From Lachnospiraceae bacterium (GTDB taxonomy: Bacteria > Bacillota > Clostridia > Lachnospirales > Lachnospiraceae): a stretch of 64,000 nucleotides of DNA. The DNA lies in contig JAZNLG010000140.1 of assembly GCA_045578965.1 (NCBI GenBank), positions 1,105-65,104 on the forward strand, given 5' to 3'. Each line of letters starts with the position of its first letter. Position 1 is the stretch's first letter. Of this stretch, positions 20,362-32,591 are shown piece after piece. Below the pieces are notes generated by a model. That model was not told the DNA's origin, did not search any database, and was given only the letters and a program-made list of their open reading frames with translations. The translations under genes were made by a program, and so were the position numbers.

Positions 20362-21069
20362 CTAAGCCTGATACTTCAAGAAGCGCTTCTTGGTATCTGC
20401 ATACTGCAACTGGCTTACGGGAATCTCATCCCCACGCTTGGTCAAAAAGCGATAGCGGGCCAAATCCTTGGCATGGGCAAGATTAATGATATAGGAACGA
20501 TGGCAACGGAAGAATGTATCCGGAGGGAGCTGCTGCTCCATATCGGAAAATTTCATATGTACACTGATTGTCTCTTCCGCCGTAATAATGTTGGTATCTC
20601 TTCCCTGGCTCTCCAAATACTCAATCTGTTCAAAAGGAAGATTGTACAAACGATCTGCCACCTGAATTTTCAAAAATCCGCTGCTGTTGCGGGACATCTG
20701 ATATGCTTCCATCAATGCCTCCCGCAGACGTTCGATTTCAATCGGCTTCTTCATATAACGAAGGGCATGAACGCGGTATCCCTCCATGGCATACTCTGCT
20801 GTAGAAGACACAAAAACAATAGGAACCTTCTCGCCGAGACGCCGCAATTCCTCTGCAGCTTCAATTCCTGTCATACCTACTGCCAAAACATCAGAAATCA
20901 AAAGATGATAATCATCTTTTCCGCTGGTTAAAACCTTGGTCATTACCAGCATGTCTTCAAATGTGGCAATCTCATATTCGATTTCCGCTTCCTGTAAAAT
21001 CTGTTCGGTTAACGCTTCGATAATCTGCAACGAAGTCGCCTCATCATCACATATCGCAACTCTAAACAT
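20362..21069 (-). CDS. LytTR-family response regulator
   Basis: RVAICDDE receiver; C-terminal FFRCHRSYIINL and IPVS; ATG 21069 after GGAGG. Confidence 0.9.
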   Translation of the reverse strand: MFRVAICDDEATSLQIIEALTEQILQEAEIEYEIATFEDMLVMTKVLTSGKDDYHLLISDVLAVGMTGIEAAEELRRLGEKVPIVFVSSTAEYAMEGYRVHALRYMKKPIEIERLREALMEAYQMSRNSSGFLKIQVADRLYNLPFEQIEYLESQGRDTNIITAEETISVHMKFSDMEQQLPPDTFFRCHRSYIINLAHAKDLARYRFLTKRGDEIPVSQLQYADTKKRFLKYQA

Positions 21070-21156
21070 AGTATCCTCCGAAAAAGTCCCATTAAACTTA
21101 TTTTGTAAATTATACACACTTTTTTCACATTTTGCAAGAAAAAGCCCCCTGCAGCC

Positions 21157-23298
21157 CTATTGATTCTGATAATCCAACAAAGCTTTCGTCACTTTTTTCA
21201 GCAATTTGCCATACGCATCCGCAAAATCCCTGTGATTATCCCAGATGTAAGAATTATCGTTATTCTTTCCGGCCATCTCCAGCTTATAGGCCATTTCCGC
21301 CTCTCTGTTTGCCCCGATATTTCTGCAGGCACCCTTGATGGAATGGGACAGCACCATATAATTCTGGAAATCTTCCTTTTCAAAATATTCTTCCAAACCG
21401 GCCAAAAGATTAGACGACGCAAAGGTCTGCAGAATTCTGACATATACGTTCTGACTGCCGCCGCAATTTCTAAGGCCGTCTTCCACATCAATTCCGTCCA
21501 GGAACTCAATAATCTCTTTTTTACTCTGCCCATGGGAAACATGAAGAATGCTTTGAGGCTTCTTCTCTTCCGCTTTCTTCTCTTCTACCTTTCCTTCCAG
21601 AACGCGCACCTGCTTGTCCACGGGAATCCACTTCTGAAGAATTTCACTTAATTGTTTCATATGAATGGGCTTGGAAAGATAATCATTCATCCCTGCCATT
21701 TTAAACTGCTTTTCCACACCCTTAATCGCATTGGCAGTAAGTGCCACAATGGGAATGTCCTTGGCATAATCCGAATCCAGCTGTCGAATCTTCTGGGTGG
21801 CTTCCACACCATCCATAAACGGCATCATATGATCCATAAAAATCAGGTCATACGTCTCTACATGCTCCTCCACACGATTCAGTGCCTCCAGACCGCTTTC
21901 CACCAAAACAGGCTCGAAGCCGAAACGTTTCATCAATTCGCTGGCCACCACTAAGTTTACCTTGTTATCATCAACAATCATAACCTTGGCGCCGGGTGCC
22001 TTGAAGGTTATCTTGAACGTTTCATTCATGGCCTGAATCTTTTCATGATTTGTTTCATAATTGGAAGGTCTCTCGTCTTTTACCTTCTGCGGGAGACGGA
22101 AGGAGAATGTACTTCCTTCTTTTTCACGGCTTCGTACCCAGATATCACCACCCATAAGGTTCAACAGACTTTTGGAAATGGCCAGACCAAGTCCGGTACC
22201 TTCCACGTTACGGTTTTTACGGGTATCAATCTGACCGAATGCCGTAAACAATTTATTAATGTTTTCGGGGGAAATACCGATACCTGTATCCTCCACCGCA
22301 ACCTCTAATACACCGCTTTCATAATCATTCTTAATCCAGTGAATGTGAAGGGATATGTAACCGCGGTGAGTGAAATTCACCGCGTTATTCAAAAGATTAA
22401 TCAAAACCTGACGGAATCGCAATTCATCCCCGATTAAGGTGCGGGGAACCTTGGGATCAATGTCGGTCTTGAGCTTGATACTTTTGTCTCGCATACGAAA
22501 TTCAATGATGGTTAAAACATCATGAATCAGGGAGTTGAAATCATACTCCTCTTCCACGATTTCCATGTTTCCGGAATCGATTTTGGAAAAGTCAAGAATC
22601 TCATTGATAATGGATAAAAGATTCTCGGAAGAACGCTGAATGGTAGCCACATATTCATTCTCTTCCTTGGAAAAATTCCTTTCGGAAAGCAACTGGGCCA
22701 TACCACTGATAGCATTCATGGGAGTACGGATTTCATGCGACATGTTCGCCAGAAAGTTTGCCTTGGCTTCCAGCGCATTGCGTGCTTCCTCATTCTTCTC
22801 TTCCGTTTTCTGCTTATAGGAATTAACACCGGTAACCAAAAACAGCAACGTAATCATGCCAAAACAGTATATCAGCATATAAATCAGATAAATCTCCATG
22901 GGAAAGAATCGGATAATCTCCTCCATCTGAAACACCGCAACAATCACCAGACCGATGATGGAAACAATAATATACTCTACCAGAATTCTGGTCTTGGAAT
23001 ATAGGGCAATAATCAGTCCCTGGGCAATATAAATAATAATCAGCATACCAAGGGTCTGCAGGGATGCCGAAATAATATAGCTGGTCACGGACATTGTAAT
23101 AAAAAAGCAACGCACCGTAAAATTCTCATTGCGGACGGTTCGATATAAAAGCAACGTCAGCAACACCGGCAAAAAGCCGATGGAAATCAAAAGTGCTTTT
23201 TCCAGGCCGTACTGATTATATGCATAAATCACGTGCAGCAAAACCACACTGAAAAATTCTGTCAAGCTAAGCCATATACTGGTCGAGAATGGCAACAT
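21157..23298 (-). CDS. membrane hybrid histidine kinase (HisKA-HATPase-REC-HPt)
   Basis: multi-TM N-terminus; FLANMSHEIRTPMNAI; DTGIG; GTGLGL; FMDHMMP; HSIKG HPt. Confidence 0.92.
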   Translation of the reverse strand: MLPFSTSIWLSLTEFFSVVLLHVIYAYNQYGLEKALLISIGFLPVLLTLLLYRTVRNENFTVRCFFITMSVTSYIISASLQTLGMLIIIYIAQGLIIALYSKTRILVEYIIVSIIGLVIVAVFQMEEIIRFFPMEIYLIYMLIYCFGMITLLFLVTGVNSYKQKTEEKNEEARNALEAKANFLANMSHEIRTPMNAISGMAQLLSERNFSKEENEYVATIQRSSENLLSIINEILDFSKIDSGNMEIVEEEYDFNSLIHDVLTIIEFRMRDKSIKLKTDIDPKVPRTLIGDELRFRQVLINLLNNAVNFTHRGYISLHIHWIKNDYESGVLEVAVEDTGIGISPENINKLFTAFGQIDTRKNRNVEGTGLGLAISKSLLNLMGGDIWVRSREKEGSTFSFRLPQKVKDERPSNYETNHEKIQAMNETFKITFKAPGAKVMIVDDNKVNLVVASELMKRFGFEPVLVESGLEALNRVEEHVETYDLIFMDHMMPFMDGVEATQKIRQLDSDYAKDIPIVALTANAIKGVEKQFKMAGMNDYLSKPIHMKQLSEILQKWIPVDKQVRVLEGKVEEKKAEEKKPQSILHVSHGQSKKEIIEFLDGIDVEDGLRNCGGSQNVYVRILQTFASSNLLAGLEEYFEKEDFQNYMVLSHSIKGACRNIGANREAEMAYKLEMAGKNNDNSYIWDNHRDFADAYGKLLKKVTKALLDYQNQ

Positions 23299-23328
23299 AC
23301 CGGTTTTCCTCCTTTTACAACAACAGAT

Positions 23329-24483
23329 TTACCTTCTGGTGAAGCGACGCAATTCCCCAATCAGATCCTTCAGACACTGAAGAGTAACGTCTATTTCTTC
23401 TTTCGAGGTAAATACGGAAAAACTGAATCTTACGGTAGAAGAAAGATGCTCCTTCGGCAGGCCGATGGCTTTCAGGGTTTCACTGACTGCCGCCTTATGA
23501 GAAGCGCAGGCACTGCCGGCCGAAATATAAATCCCCTTCTCCTCCAATGCATGAAGTAAGACTTCACTGCGGACACCGGGAACGGAAATGCTTACAATGT
23601 GAGGCGCCGCACAGCCTTCCCCGCCGCCGTTTACATATACATCATCCATCTCCTTCAACCCTTTTATAAAGTAATTGCGAAGGAAATGCATCTTGTCGAT
23701 ATCTTCATCAATGTTTTGAAACATAATATCTGCCGCTTTGGCAATTCCCACAATGCCGGGAACATTCTCCGTACCGGAGCGTAAATTTTTCTGCTGTCCG
23801 CCACCGTATACTCTCGGACTTAATTTCACCTTTTCCCCTACATAAAGAAATCCTATGCCTTTGGGACCGTGAATTTTATGGCCGCTGACAGAAAGCAGAT
23901 CAATTTTGAAACGCTTGGGATAGATAGGAATTTTACCGTATCCCTGTACAGCGTCCACGTGAAAAAGGGTGCAGGGATTCTTTTTCTTAATCCGTTCCCC
24001 GATACAGTCAATGGGCTGTATTGTTCCGATTTCATTATTTACCGCCATCACCGACACCAGAATGGTATCCGGACGAATGGCCGAAACCAGCTGCTCCGGT
24101 GAAATGCGACCGGTGGAATCTACCGGCAAATAGGTGATTTCAAATCCCATTTTAGCCAGTTCCCGCATACACTGTAGTACCGCGGGATGCTCAATTGAAG
24201 TTGTAATAATATGACGGCCTGCACGCATATTGGCAAGGGCCGCCCCCATAATTGCCAGATTGTCACTTTCCGTTCCGCCGGAAGTATATATAATATCTTT
24301 CTCCGAAACCTTCAGTGTCCGGGCAATGGTTTCCGACGCACGTCTGATTTCCGTCTCTGCTCTACTGCCGAGAAGATGCATGCTGGAAGGATTTCCGTAT
24401 TCCCGGGTCATCATATGGGTAACCGCTTCCGCCACCTCATCGAAACATCTGGTGGTTGCGGAATTATCTAAATATATTTCCAT
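23329..24483 (-). CDS. iscS: cysteine desulfurase (IscS/NifS family, ThiI-associated)
   Basis: YLDNSATT, NPSSMH, SGHKIHGPKG, SAGSAC. Confidence 0.9.
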   Translation of the reverse strand: MEIYLDNSATTRCFDEVAEAVTHMMTREYGNPSSMHLLGSRAETEIRRASETIARTLKVSEKDIIYTSGGTESDNLAIMGAALANMRAGRHIITTSIEHPAVLQCMRELAKMGFEITYLPVDSTGRISPEQLVSAIRPDTILVSVMAVNNEIGTIQPIDCIGERIKKKNPCTLFHVDAVQGYGKIPIYPKRFKIDLLSVSGHKIHGPKGIGFLYVGEKVKLSPRVYGGGQQKNLRSGTENVPGIVGIAKAADIMFQNIDEDIDKMHFLRNYFIKGLKEMDDVYVNGGGEGCAAPHIVSISVPGVRSEVLLHALEEKGIYISAGSACASHKAAVSETLKAIGLPKEHLSSTVRFSFSVFTSKEEIDVTLQCLKDLIGELRRFTRR

Positions 24484-24552
24484 TCCAAACTCCGTTTCTG
24501 TCACCGTTTACGGGCAACATACTTCCTTTAACATATAATATGCAAAAAAGCC

Positions 24553-25308
24553 CTAATCTGCTTCCCCCCGTACCTCCGTGCAGTACATAATCCAGGAAAG
24601 TACGGTAAAACCGGCCGTTTCCGTCCGAAGAATCCGTTTTCCCAGAGAAATGGGCTTCACGCCGTATTCTAACGCCCGGGTAATCTCACTTTCATCGAAA
24701 CCGCCTTCCGGTCCGATAAAAACGCCGACTTCCATTCCGGGCTTGAGCGCATCGAAAAATGCTCTCGCTTCTTCCATTCCTTCCGCCAATTCGTAGGGGA
24801 TAATCTTTCCATCCATGCCGGATGCCTTTTCCAGGGCTTCCTTCATGGTCAGCACGGGGGAAACATTCGGAATCAGACTTCGCTTGCTCTGCTTTGCTGC
24901 CGCCTCACTGATTCCCTGCCAACGGGCTATTTTGGATGCTTCTTTTTTGGCATCAAGCTTAACAACACAGCGCTTCATGGCCACGGGCACAATCTCGTAA
25001 ACACCAAGTTCCACTGCTTTCTGAATAATGAGTTCCATCTTATCATTCTTGGGCAGTCCCTGAAACAGAGTCACCCGGACAGGAAGTTCCACACCGCTTT
25101 CCCTGATGAAATTAAGTTCGCACACAATACGTTCTTCCTCAAAAGCAGCAATCCGGCATCTGAATTCCCTGTCATCCTCCCCATTGCCTACGGCAATCTC
25201 TTCCCCGATTTGCATACGGAGGACATTCTTAATATGATTGACATCTTTCCCCTCGATGTAGATGGTTTTGTCCTGTATCTGATGAGGGGATACAAAAAAA
25301 TGATACAT
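24553..25308 (-). CDS. rsmE: 16S rRNA m3U1498 methyltransferase
   Basis: HIKNVLRM, IQKAVELGV, IGPEGGF, LGKRILRTETAG. Confidence 0.95.
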   Translation of the reverse strand: MYHFFVSPHQIQDKTIYIEGKDVNHIKNVLRMQIGEEIAVGNGEDDREFRCRIAAFEEERIVCELNFIRESGVELPVRVTLFQGLPKNDKMELIIQKAVELGVYEIVPVAMKRCVVKLDAKKEASKIARWQGISEAAAKQSKRSLIPNVSPVLTMKEALEKASGMDGKIIPYELAEGMEEARAFFDALKPGMEVGVFIGPEGGFDESEITRALEYGVKPISLGKRILRTETAGFTVLSWIMYCTEVRGEAD

Positions 25309-25332
25309 ACTTTTCCTCTTTCCGGAGTATTC

Positions 25333-26295
25333 CTATTCAGGCTTCTTTGCAGTTATGCTGACCCACTCGCCCTGGCGGGTTATTTCCACAAGGATAAGGC
25401 CGGCTTTTTTCACCACTTCCGCTACGAAATCTTCTTTTTCGGCAATAATGCCTGAGGTAATATATATTCCGCCGGGCTTCAACTGGGCTGTAATTACCGG
25501 TGTAAGCACTTCCAGTACATTATGTAAAATATTAGCCACCACGATATCGTAACAATGATAGCCCGCCCAGTCCTGCACGCTTTTTTCGGTAATAATGTTT
25601 CCGATGATTACTTCAAAATCTTCGGGATTGATGCCGTTGTCCTTCATGTTCTCAAGCGTTGCATCCAGTGCACAAGGATCCAAATCCGTTCCTTTGGCAT
25701 GTTTTGCACCATACATCAAAGCCAATATCGCAAGAATACCGCTGCCGCAACCCACATCAAGAATCTGTGTTTCGCTGTTAACATACTTTTTAATCTGTCT
25801 GATGCAAAGCTGGGTGGTTTCATGCATACCGGTTCCGAAAGCCGTACCCGGGTCGATATGAAGAATCATCTTGTCCCGATCCTCCGGCTTCACCTCTTCC
25901 CATGAAGGAATTACCAGCAATTCATCAATGTAAAACTGATGAAAATAATTTTTCCAGTTATTGATCCAGTCTATATCTTCTGTTTCGGAAAGCGTAATGC
26001 TGCCTTCTCCGATTTCCATAAACATACGGATTCCGTCGAGCTCTTCCTCCACCGAAGCAACCAGTTCTTCCATGTTTAAATCATCCGATTCCTCTACGAA
26101 AAAGTTAAGATATGCTACTCCGTCATCTTCTTCCTGCTGGGGAAGAATATCCACAAACATCTGCTCTTTTTCCAAAGGAGTCAAAGGAATTTTATCTTCA
26201 ATCTGGGCACCCTCCAAACCAATATCCGCCAAAGTGCAGATAATGATATCTTCCGCCTCTGTTGTTGTCTTAATCGATATTTTATGCCACTTCAT
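25333..26295 (-). CDS. prmA: ribosomal protein L11 methyltransferase
   Basis: DPGTAFGTGMHETT, LDVGCGSGIL, VANIL, ITSGI. Confidence 0.95.
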   Translation of the reverse strand: MKWHKISIKTTTEAEDIIICTLADIGLEGAQIEDKIPLTPLEKEQMFVDILPQQEEDDGVAYLNFFVEESDDLNMEELVASVEEELDGIRMFMEIGEGSITLSETEDIDWINNWKNYFHQFYIDELLVIPSWEEVKPEDRDKMILHIDPGTAFGTGMHETTQLCIRQIKKYVNSETQILDVGCGSGILAILALMYGAKHAKGTDLDPCALDATLENMKDNGINPEDFEVIIGNIITEKSVQDWAGYHCYDIVVANILHNVLEVLTPVITAQLKPGGIYITSGIIAEKEDFVAEVVKKAGLILVEITRQGEWVSITAKKPE

Positions 26296-26395
26296 GTTTA
26301 CCCTCCGTTATAATTGCGCTCCCGCGCTTTAATCCCGGTAAAAATTACCTTTTATACTATACCATATTCATCCGAAAAATCAAATTGCCTATCTC

Positions 26396-26929
26396 CTATT
26401 CGCGGTCTTCCAGATCCTGCTTTAAGGCATCAAGATAAGGTACCATTACCCCGGCATGTTTGGGCAGAATATATGCCGGATTTAACTCTTCATGACGGAA
26501 GCTCTTACGGCCTCCCTCCTTTGCCCGGTCCCAGAACAGTTTCAGATATGCAAAAGGCAGATAATAGAGTTCATCAATGGAGGAATAGTAAATGAGAAAA
26601 AAAGCGATGCCCCCCTGCTTCTCGAACGCCTCCATAAATTCCACCTGATGGGCATGGATATTCTGCAGGGAAAAAGTGAGGCTTGCGCTTTCCTTGGCGT
26701 CAAAGCAGACCGGAATCCCCTGCACTGCACCGATATAGTCCACCGTACTTTTTTGTTCAAAATATGCAAGCGTGATGTGTCGGCTCTTCTGGTCGATTTT
26801 TACCGGTGTAATAGGCGTCGGCACCTTCTGAATCAGCGCCAGACCGCTCTCTTTGTACTTCTCGTTTGTGCGATTAATCATATCCTCCAGGGTCGATCCC
26901 CGAAGCCCCCTCGAATTCCAGGTTGCCAT
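26396..26929 (-). CDS. recU: Holliday junction resolvase RecU
   Basis: RGSTLEDMIN, IQKVPTP, KSTVDYIG, FDAKE, HAHQ; ATG 26929 after GGAGG. Confidence 0.92.
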   Translation of the reverse strand: MATWNSRGLRGSTLEDMINRTNEKYKESGLALIQKVPTPITPVKIDQKSRHITLAYFEQKSTVDYIGAVQGIPVCFDAKESASLTFSLQNIHAHQVEFMEAFEKQGGIAFFLIYYSSIDELYYLPFAYLKLFWDRAKEGGRKSFRHEELNPAYILPKHAGVMVPYLDALKQDLEDRE

Positions 26930-27124
26930 AGTTCCTCCCGGCAACGCCTGTCGGTTACGTTGCCTTAATTTTGATTCATAAAATGCCGTAGAATAAGGAT
27001 TTCCGGGCGGCATGATTCTCTTTTATTCTCCCGGTTTATTATACACCATCTTTTTTCCCCTCACAAGCACCATCGGGGCATTCTCTCCGATATGCGCAAA
27101 TACCTTTCAGACCGGCAAGGGGCA

Positions 27125-27153
27125 TTGAATTCTTTTTCCTGCTGTGGTACGAT
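27125..27153 (+). promoter_or_regulatory. sigmaA-like promoter for small-ORF/GTPase operon
   Basis: TTGAAT-17 nt-TACGAT with TG extension. Confidence 0.6.
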
Positions 27154-27205
27154 AAAAAGTGTGAAGACGAAGGCTTAATCAATACTTTAAGAGAGGGGAA
27201 TTTTT

Positions 27206-27373
27206 ATGAACAGAAAAGAAGTATTATTCATTATTTTGATGGTTCTTTGTTCTGTGGTTTTAGGGGTTATATTTCTCCCGAAACTGCAGAAAAAATTTAC
27301 CGGCAAATTGTATAAAGCCGGGAATCGCAGGATTCTTCGGGAAAAGTACGGAATCAGTATGAATCGTCGCTGA
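27206..27373 (+). CDS. 55-aa single-pass membrane protein (absent from ORF track)
   Basis: MNRKEVLFIILMVLCSVVLGVIFLPKLQKKFTGKLYKAGNRRILREKYGISMNRR; SD GAGAGGGG; promoter upstream. Confidence 0.65.
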   Translation: MNRKEVLFIILMVLCSVVLGVIFLPKLQKKFTGKLYKAGNRRILREKYGISMNRR

Positions 27374-27422
27374 TAAGGACAATCACGAATAGATTACAGG
27401 ACGAGGGAGGTAACCAAATCAG

Positions 27423-28613
27423 ATGGAACTTAATCTTGAAAAAACAGCGGAAGACTGTATCAAAGCCATCAGTGAGAAAATCCGCAATCTTAAAACATTA
27501 AACATTATTGTTGCCGGCAAAACCGGCGTGGGAAAAAGCACTCTGATTAACGGTATGTTCCGTGACAATCTGGCGGAAACCGGAATCGGAAAACCCGTTA
27601 CACAGCACATGCGTAAAATCGGCAAAAAAGGGGTGCCTTTGAATATCTACGACACCAAAGGATTCGAGCTGGGAAAGGATGCCCAGAAAGAAGTAAAGAA
27701 AGAAATTCTTGATACCATCCGTTCCGGTATGTCCGGCAGCGATGTAAACAAAGCAATCCACTGTATCTGGTATTGCATCAATACCGCTTCCAACCGCCTG
27801 GAGCCGGAAGAAATCGAATGGCTTCGGGATTTGGCAAGAGAAAATACCGTGACCGAAGTTCCGGTTATTATTATTCTGACCCAGGCATTCTCCAAGAAGA
27901 AGGCCAGAGAAATGCAGGAAATGATTGAAGGTGAAAACCTGGATGTTGTACAGGTCATTCCCGTCCTGGCACAGGATTATGAGATTGACGACGGCATTCC
28001 GCCCATTAAGGCCTACGGTCTGGAACAGTTGCTCTCCGTTATGAGTGAAGTGCTCCCCGAAGAGCTGCAGGAAACCCTTCAGAATGTGCAGCGGGCCTCC
28101 ATGAAGGCAAAAAAACGTTACGCACAAACCGCCGTGGCAACAGCAACAGCGGCAGCGTTCGGTGAGGGATTCTCTCCGATTCCCTTTGCGGATTGTGCGT
28201 TATTGATACCGACGCAGATTGCCATGATTGCCAGCATTACCGCAATCTACGGAATAGACATTAACAAGAGCATTATTACCGCTTTTATTTCTTCTGCCCT
28301 GGGTACGGGAGGTGCAACCATTGCAGGTAAAACCATTGCCTCAAACCTTCTAAAACTGGTGCCCGGTGCCGGAACCATTGTGGGAGGTACCATCTCCGGT
28401 GCAACAGCGGGCGTAATCACCACCGCATTGGGCGAAGCTTATATTCTTTTGATGGAAGCAGTCTATAAGGGAGAATTGAAGGCATCCGATTTAGGCACGG
28501 ATAACGGTCGCCGGATGCTGAAAGACCTATTTAAGAAACAGGTAAAGATTGCCAAAGATAAAGATCCCGCGGAATTACAGCTCCCCCCTTCGGGAGAGGA
28601 AGACCCTGAATAA
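27423..28613 (+). CDS. P-loop GTPase with C-terminal DUF697/YcjF-like hydrophobic domain
   Basis: G1 GKTGVGKS, G2 PVT, G3 DTKG, atypical G4 LTQA; C-terminal SPIPFAD and Gly/Ala-rich helices; SD GGAGG. Confidence 0.85.
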   Translation: MELNLEKTAEDCIKAISEKIRNLKTLNIIVAGKTGVGKSTLINGMFRDNLAETGIGKPVTQHMRKIGKKGVPLNIYDTKGFELGKDAQKEVKKEILDTIRSGMSGSDVNKAIHCIWYCINTASNRLEPEEIEWLRDLARENTVTEVPVIIILTQAFSKKKAREMQEMIEGENLDVVQVIPVLAQDYEIDDGIPPIKAYGLEQLLSVMSEVLPEELQETLQNVQRASMKAKKRYAQTAVATATAAAFGEGFSPIPFADCALLIPTQIAMIASITAIYGIDINKSIITAFISSALGTGGATIAGKTIASNLLKLVPGAGTIVGGTISGATAGVITTALGEAYILLMEAVYKGELKASDLGTDNGRRMLKDLFKKQVKIAKDKDPAELQLPPSGEEDPE

Positions 28614-28642
28614 ACAGTTCGTATTTTACTATGAAATGTAAC

Positions 28643-28677
28643 AAAACCTCTTACACAAAAATGTGTAAGAGGTTTTT
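28643..28677. terminator. bidirectional terminator between GTPase gene and dnaJ
   Basis: AAAACCTCTTACACA-aaaa-TGTGTAAGAGGTTTT. Confidence 0.85.
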
Positions 28678-28681
28678 GACA

Positions 28682-29845
28682 TTAGCCGAAAAGTCCTTTT
28701 TTCTTCTTGCCCTTTTTCTCCTTCGGTTCCTTATTCCCATCCGTTGCATGAAGGCTGTTTCCTGTTACTTCATCAAATTGACGCAACAATTCCTTCGCCT
28801 CACCGGATAACTTCTCGGGAACGGAAACCACCAGCGTAACATAGTGATCACCGCGCACTTCTTTGTTACGCAATGTAGGTACACCCTTACCGCGCAAACG
28901 CACGCGCAAACCGGTCTGTGTTCCGGGTTTTACTTCATATATTACCTTACCGTCAACGGTATCCACATAAATCTCGCCACCCAAAGCAGCCACTGCAAAC
29001 GATACCGGCGCAGTAGAATAAATATCATACTCCTGACGCTGGAAAATAGGATGTCTTGAAACGATAGGTTCCACGAGAATATCACCGCGGGGACCACCGT
29101 TTACACCGGGTTCACCCTTGCCCTGCAATCTTCTGACAATACCGTTATCAATACCTGCAGGGAAACTTACGGCATAACGTTTTCTGATAGTGGTATAACC
29201 GGTTCCGCGACAATCGGTACATTTATCTTTGACAACCTTACCGCTGCCGTTACATTCACGACAGGTCTGCACACTACGCATCGTTCCGAAGAAGGAATTC
29301 TGTGTAACCACAACCTGACCTTTACCTTTACAGTTCTGACAGGTTTCAGGACTGGTTCCCGGTTTTGCACCGCTTCCGTGACAGGTCTGACATTCTTCCT
29401 TGGAATCCACTTCAATTTCTTTTTCGGTACCAAACACCGCTTCTTCAAACGTTAAACGTACAGACTTTCGAATATCCGCACCTTTTCTGGGTCCGTTTCC
29501 TCTGCCGCCGCTGCGTCTTCCGCCACCGAAGAAGTCGCCGAACAAATCACCGAAAATATCCGTGAAATCCATGCTGGAATAATCAAATCCGCCGTAACCG
29601 CCGCCTGCACCCTGGTCAAAGGCTGCGTGGCCGAACTGATCGTACTGCTTTCTTTTATCTGCATCACTTAAAACAGCATACGCTTCCGATGCTTCCTTAA
29701 ACTTTGCTTCTGCGTTGGGATCATCCGGGTTCATATCCGGGTGATATTTTTTGGCAAGAGCACGATATGCTTTTTTAATCGCGGCATCATCTGCCCCTTT
29801 TTCAACACCAAGGACCTCATAATAGTCCCTTTTCTGTTCTGCCAT
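28682..29845 (-). CDS. dnaJ: chaperone DnaJ
   Basis: J domain HPD, G/F region, four CxxCxGxG repeats. Confidence 0.97.
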   Translation of the reverse strand: MAEQKRDYYEVLGVEKGADDAAIKKAYRALAKKYHPDMNPDDPNAEAKFKEASEAYAVLSDADKRKQYDQFGHAAFDQGAGGGYGGFDYSSMDFTDIFGDLFGDFFGGGRRSGGRGNGPRKGADIRKSVRLTFEEAVFGTEKEIEVDSKEECQTCHGSGAKPGTSPETCQNCKGKGQVVVTQNSFFGTMRSVQTCRECNGSGKVVKDKCTDCRGTGYTTIRKRYAVSFPAGIDNGIVRRLQGKGEPGVNGGPRGDILVEPIVSRHPIFQRQEYDIYSTAPVSFAVAALGGEIYVDTVDGKVIYEVKPGTQTGLRVRLRGKGVPTLRNKEVRGDHYVTLVVSVPEKLSGEAKELLRQFDEVTGNSLHATDGNKEPKEKKGKKKKGLFG

Positions 29846-30025
29846 AATAGTCTCCATTCCGTTGTTATCAAAACAACACCAGTAAAATACGCTTACTTTT
29901 AAGCGTTACAAATTCCACGAAAAAAGAACGCTTTCCCCGTGGATTTTATAGTATGTAGCGGGGAGTTTATACAACTCCCCAACTACGTTCATTTGCTTTT
30001 ACACATTTGATATAACTGCTTTATT

Positions 30026-31930
<1,905 letters not shown>

Positions 31931-31977
31931 TCATCGGCGCTTTGCGCCTTTTATTCTAAAATTAAAAGTTTGCTGTA

Positions 31978-32577
31978 TTAACTAACTACCGCTACCATAC
32001 TATGTCTGATGACTGAGTCGCGATAGGTGTAACCTTTTAAAAGTTCCTGTGCCACAATTCCGCTTTCGTATTCGTCGCTTTCCACCTGCATAATGGCGTT
32101 GTGGAAATCAGGATTGAATTCCTGACCGACTGCTTCGATAGGTTTTACTTCCAACTTATCAAGTTCGGTCATAAGCTGTTTGTAAATCATGTTCATGCCT
32201 TCCACATGAGGGTTGGTCTTATCTTCCTCTTTGGTGGTTGCCAGACCACGTTCAAAATTGTCGATTACCGGCAAGATTTTCTCGATTACGCTCTTGGCTC
32301 CTGCTTCAAACATGGTTGCCTTTTCTTTTTCGGTACGCTTACGGAAATTTTCGAATTCCGCCAACTGGCGTTTCACTTTATCTTCCAGTTCATCGATTTT
32401 TTCCTGTGCTTTATCTTTTACGGTTTCTTCTGTAGTTTCTGCCGCTTCACAATCTCCGTGTGCTTCCTCTTCCGTTGTCTCTGCTGTCGTTTCTGCAGTT
32501 TCTTCCGTTATTTCCTTTTCGTTTTGTACTTCTTCTGCTTTGGTCTTCGTTTTCTTCTTTGCTGCCAAATCACTCAT
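31978..32577 (-). CDS. grpE: nucleotide exchange factor GrpE
   Basis: AEFENFRKR, LPVIDNFER, FNPDFHNA; start may be TTG 32568. Confidence 0.95.
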   Translation of the reverse strand: MSDLAAKKKTKTKAEEVQNEKEITEETAETTAETTEEEAHGDCEAAETTEETVKDKAQEKIDELEDKVKRQLAEFENFRKRTEKEKATMFEAGAKSVIEKILPVIDNFERGLATTKEEDKTNPHVEGMNMIYKQLMTELDKLEVKPIEAVGQEFNPDFHNAIMQVESDEYESGIVAQELLKGYTYRDSVIRHSMVAVVS

Positions 32578-32591
32578 CCTTTCTTAAGCCT

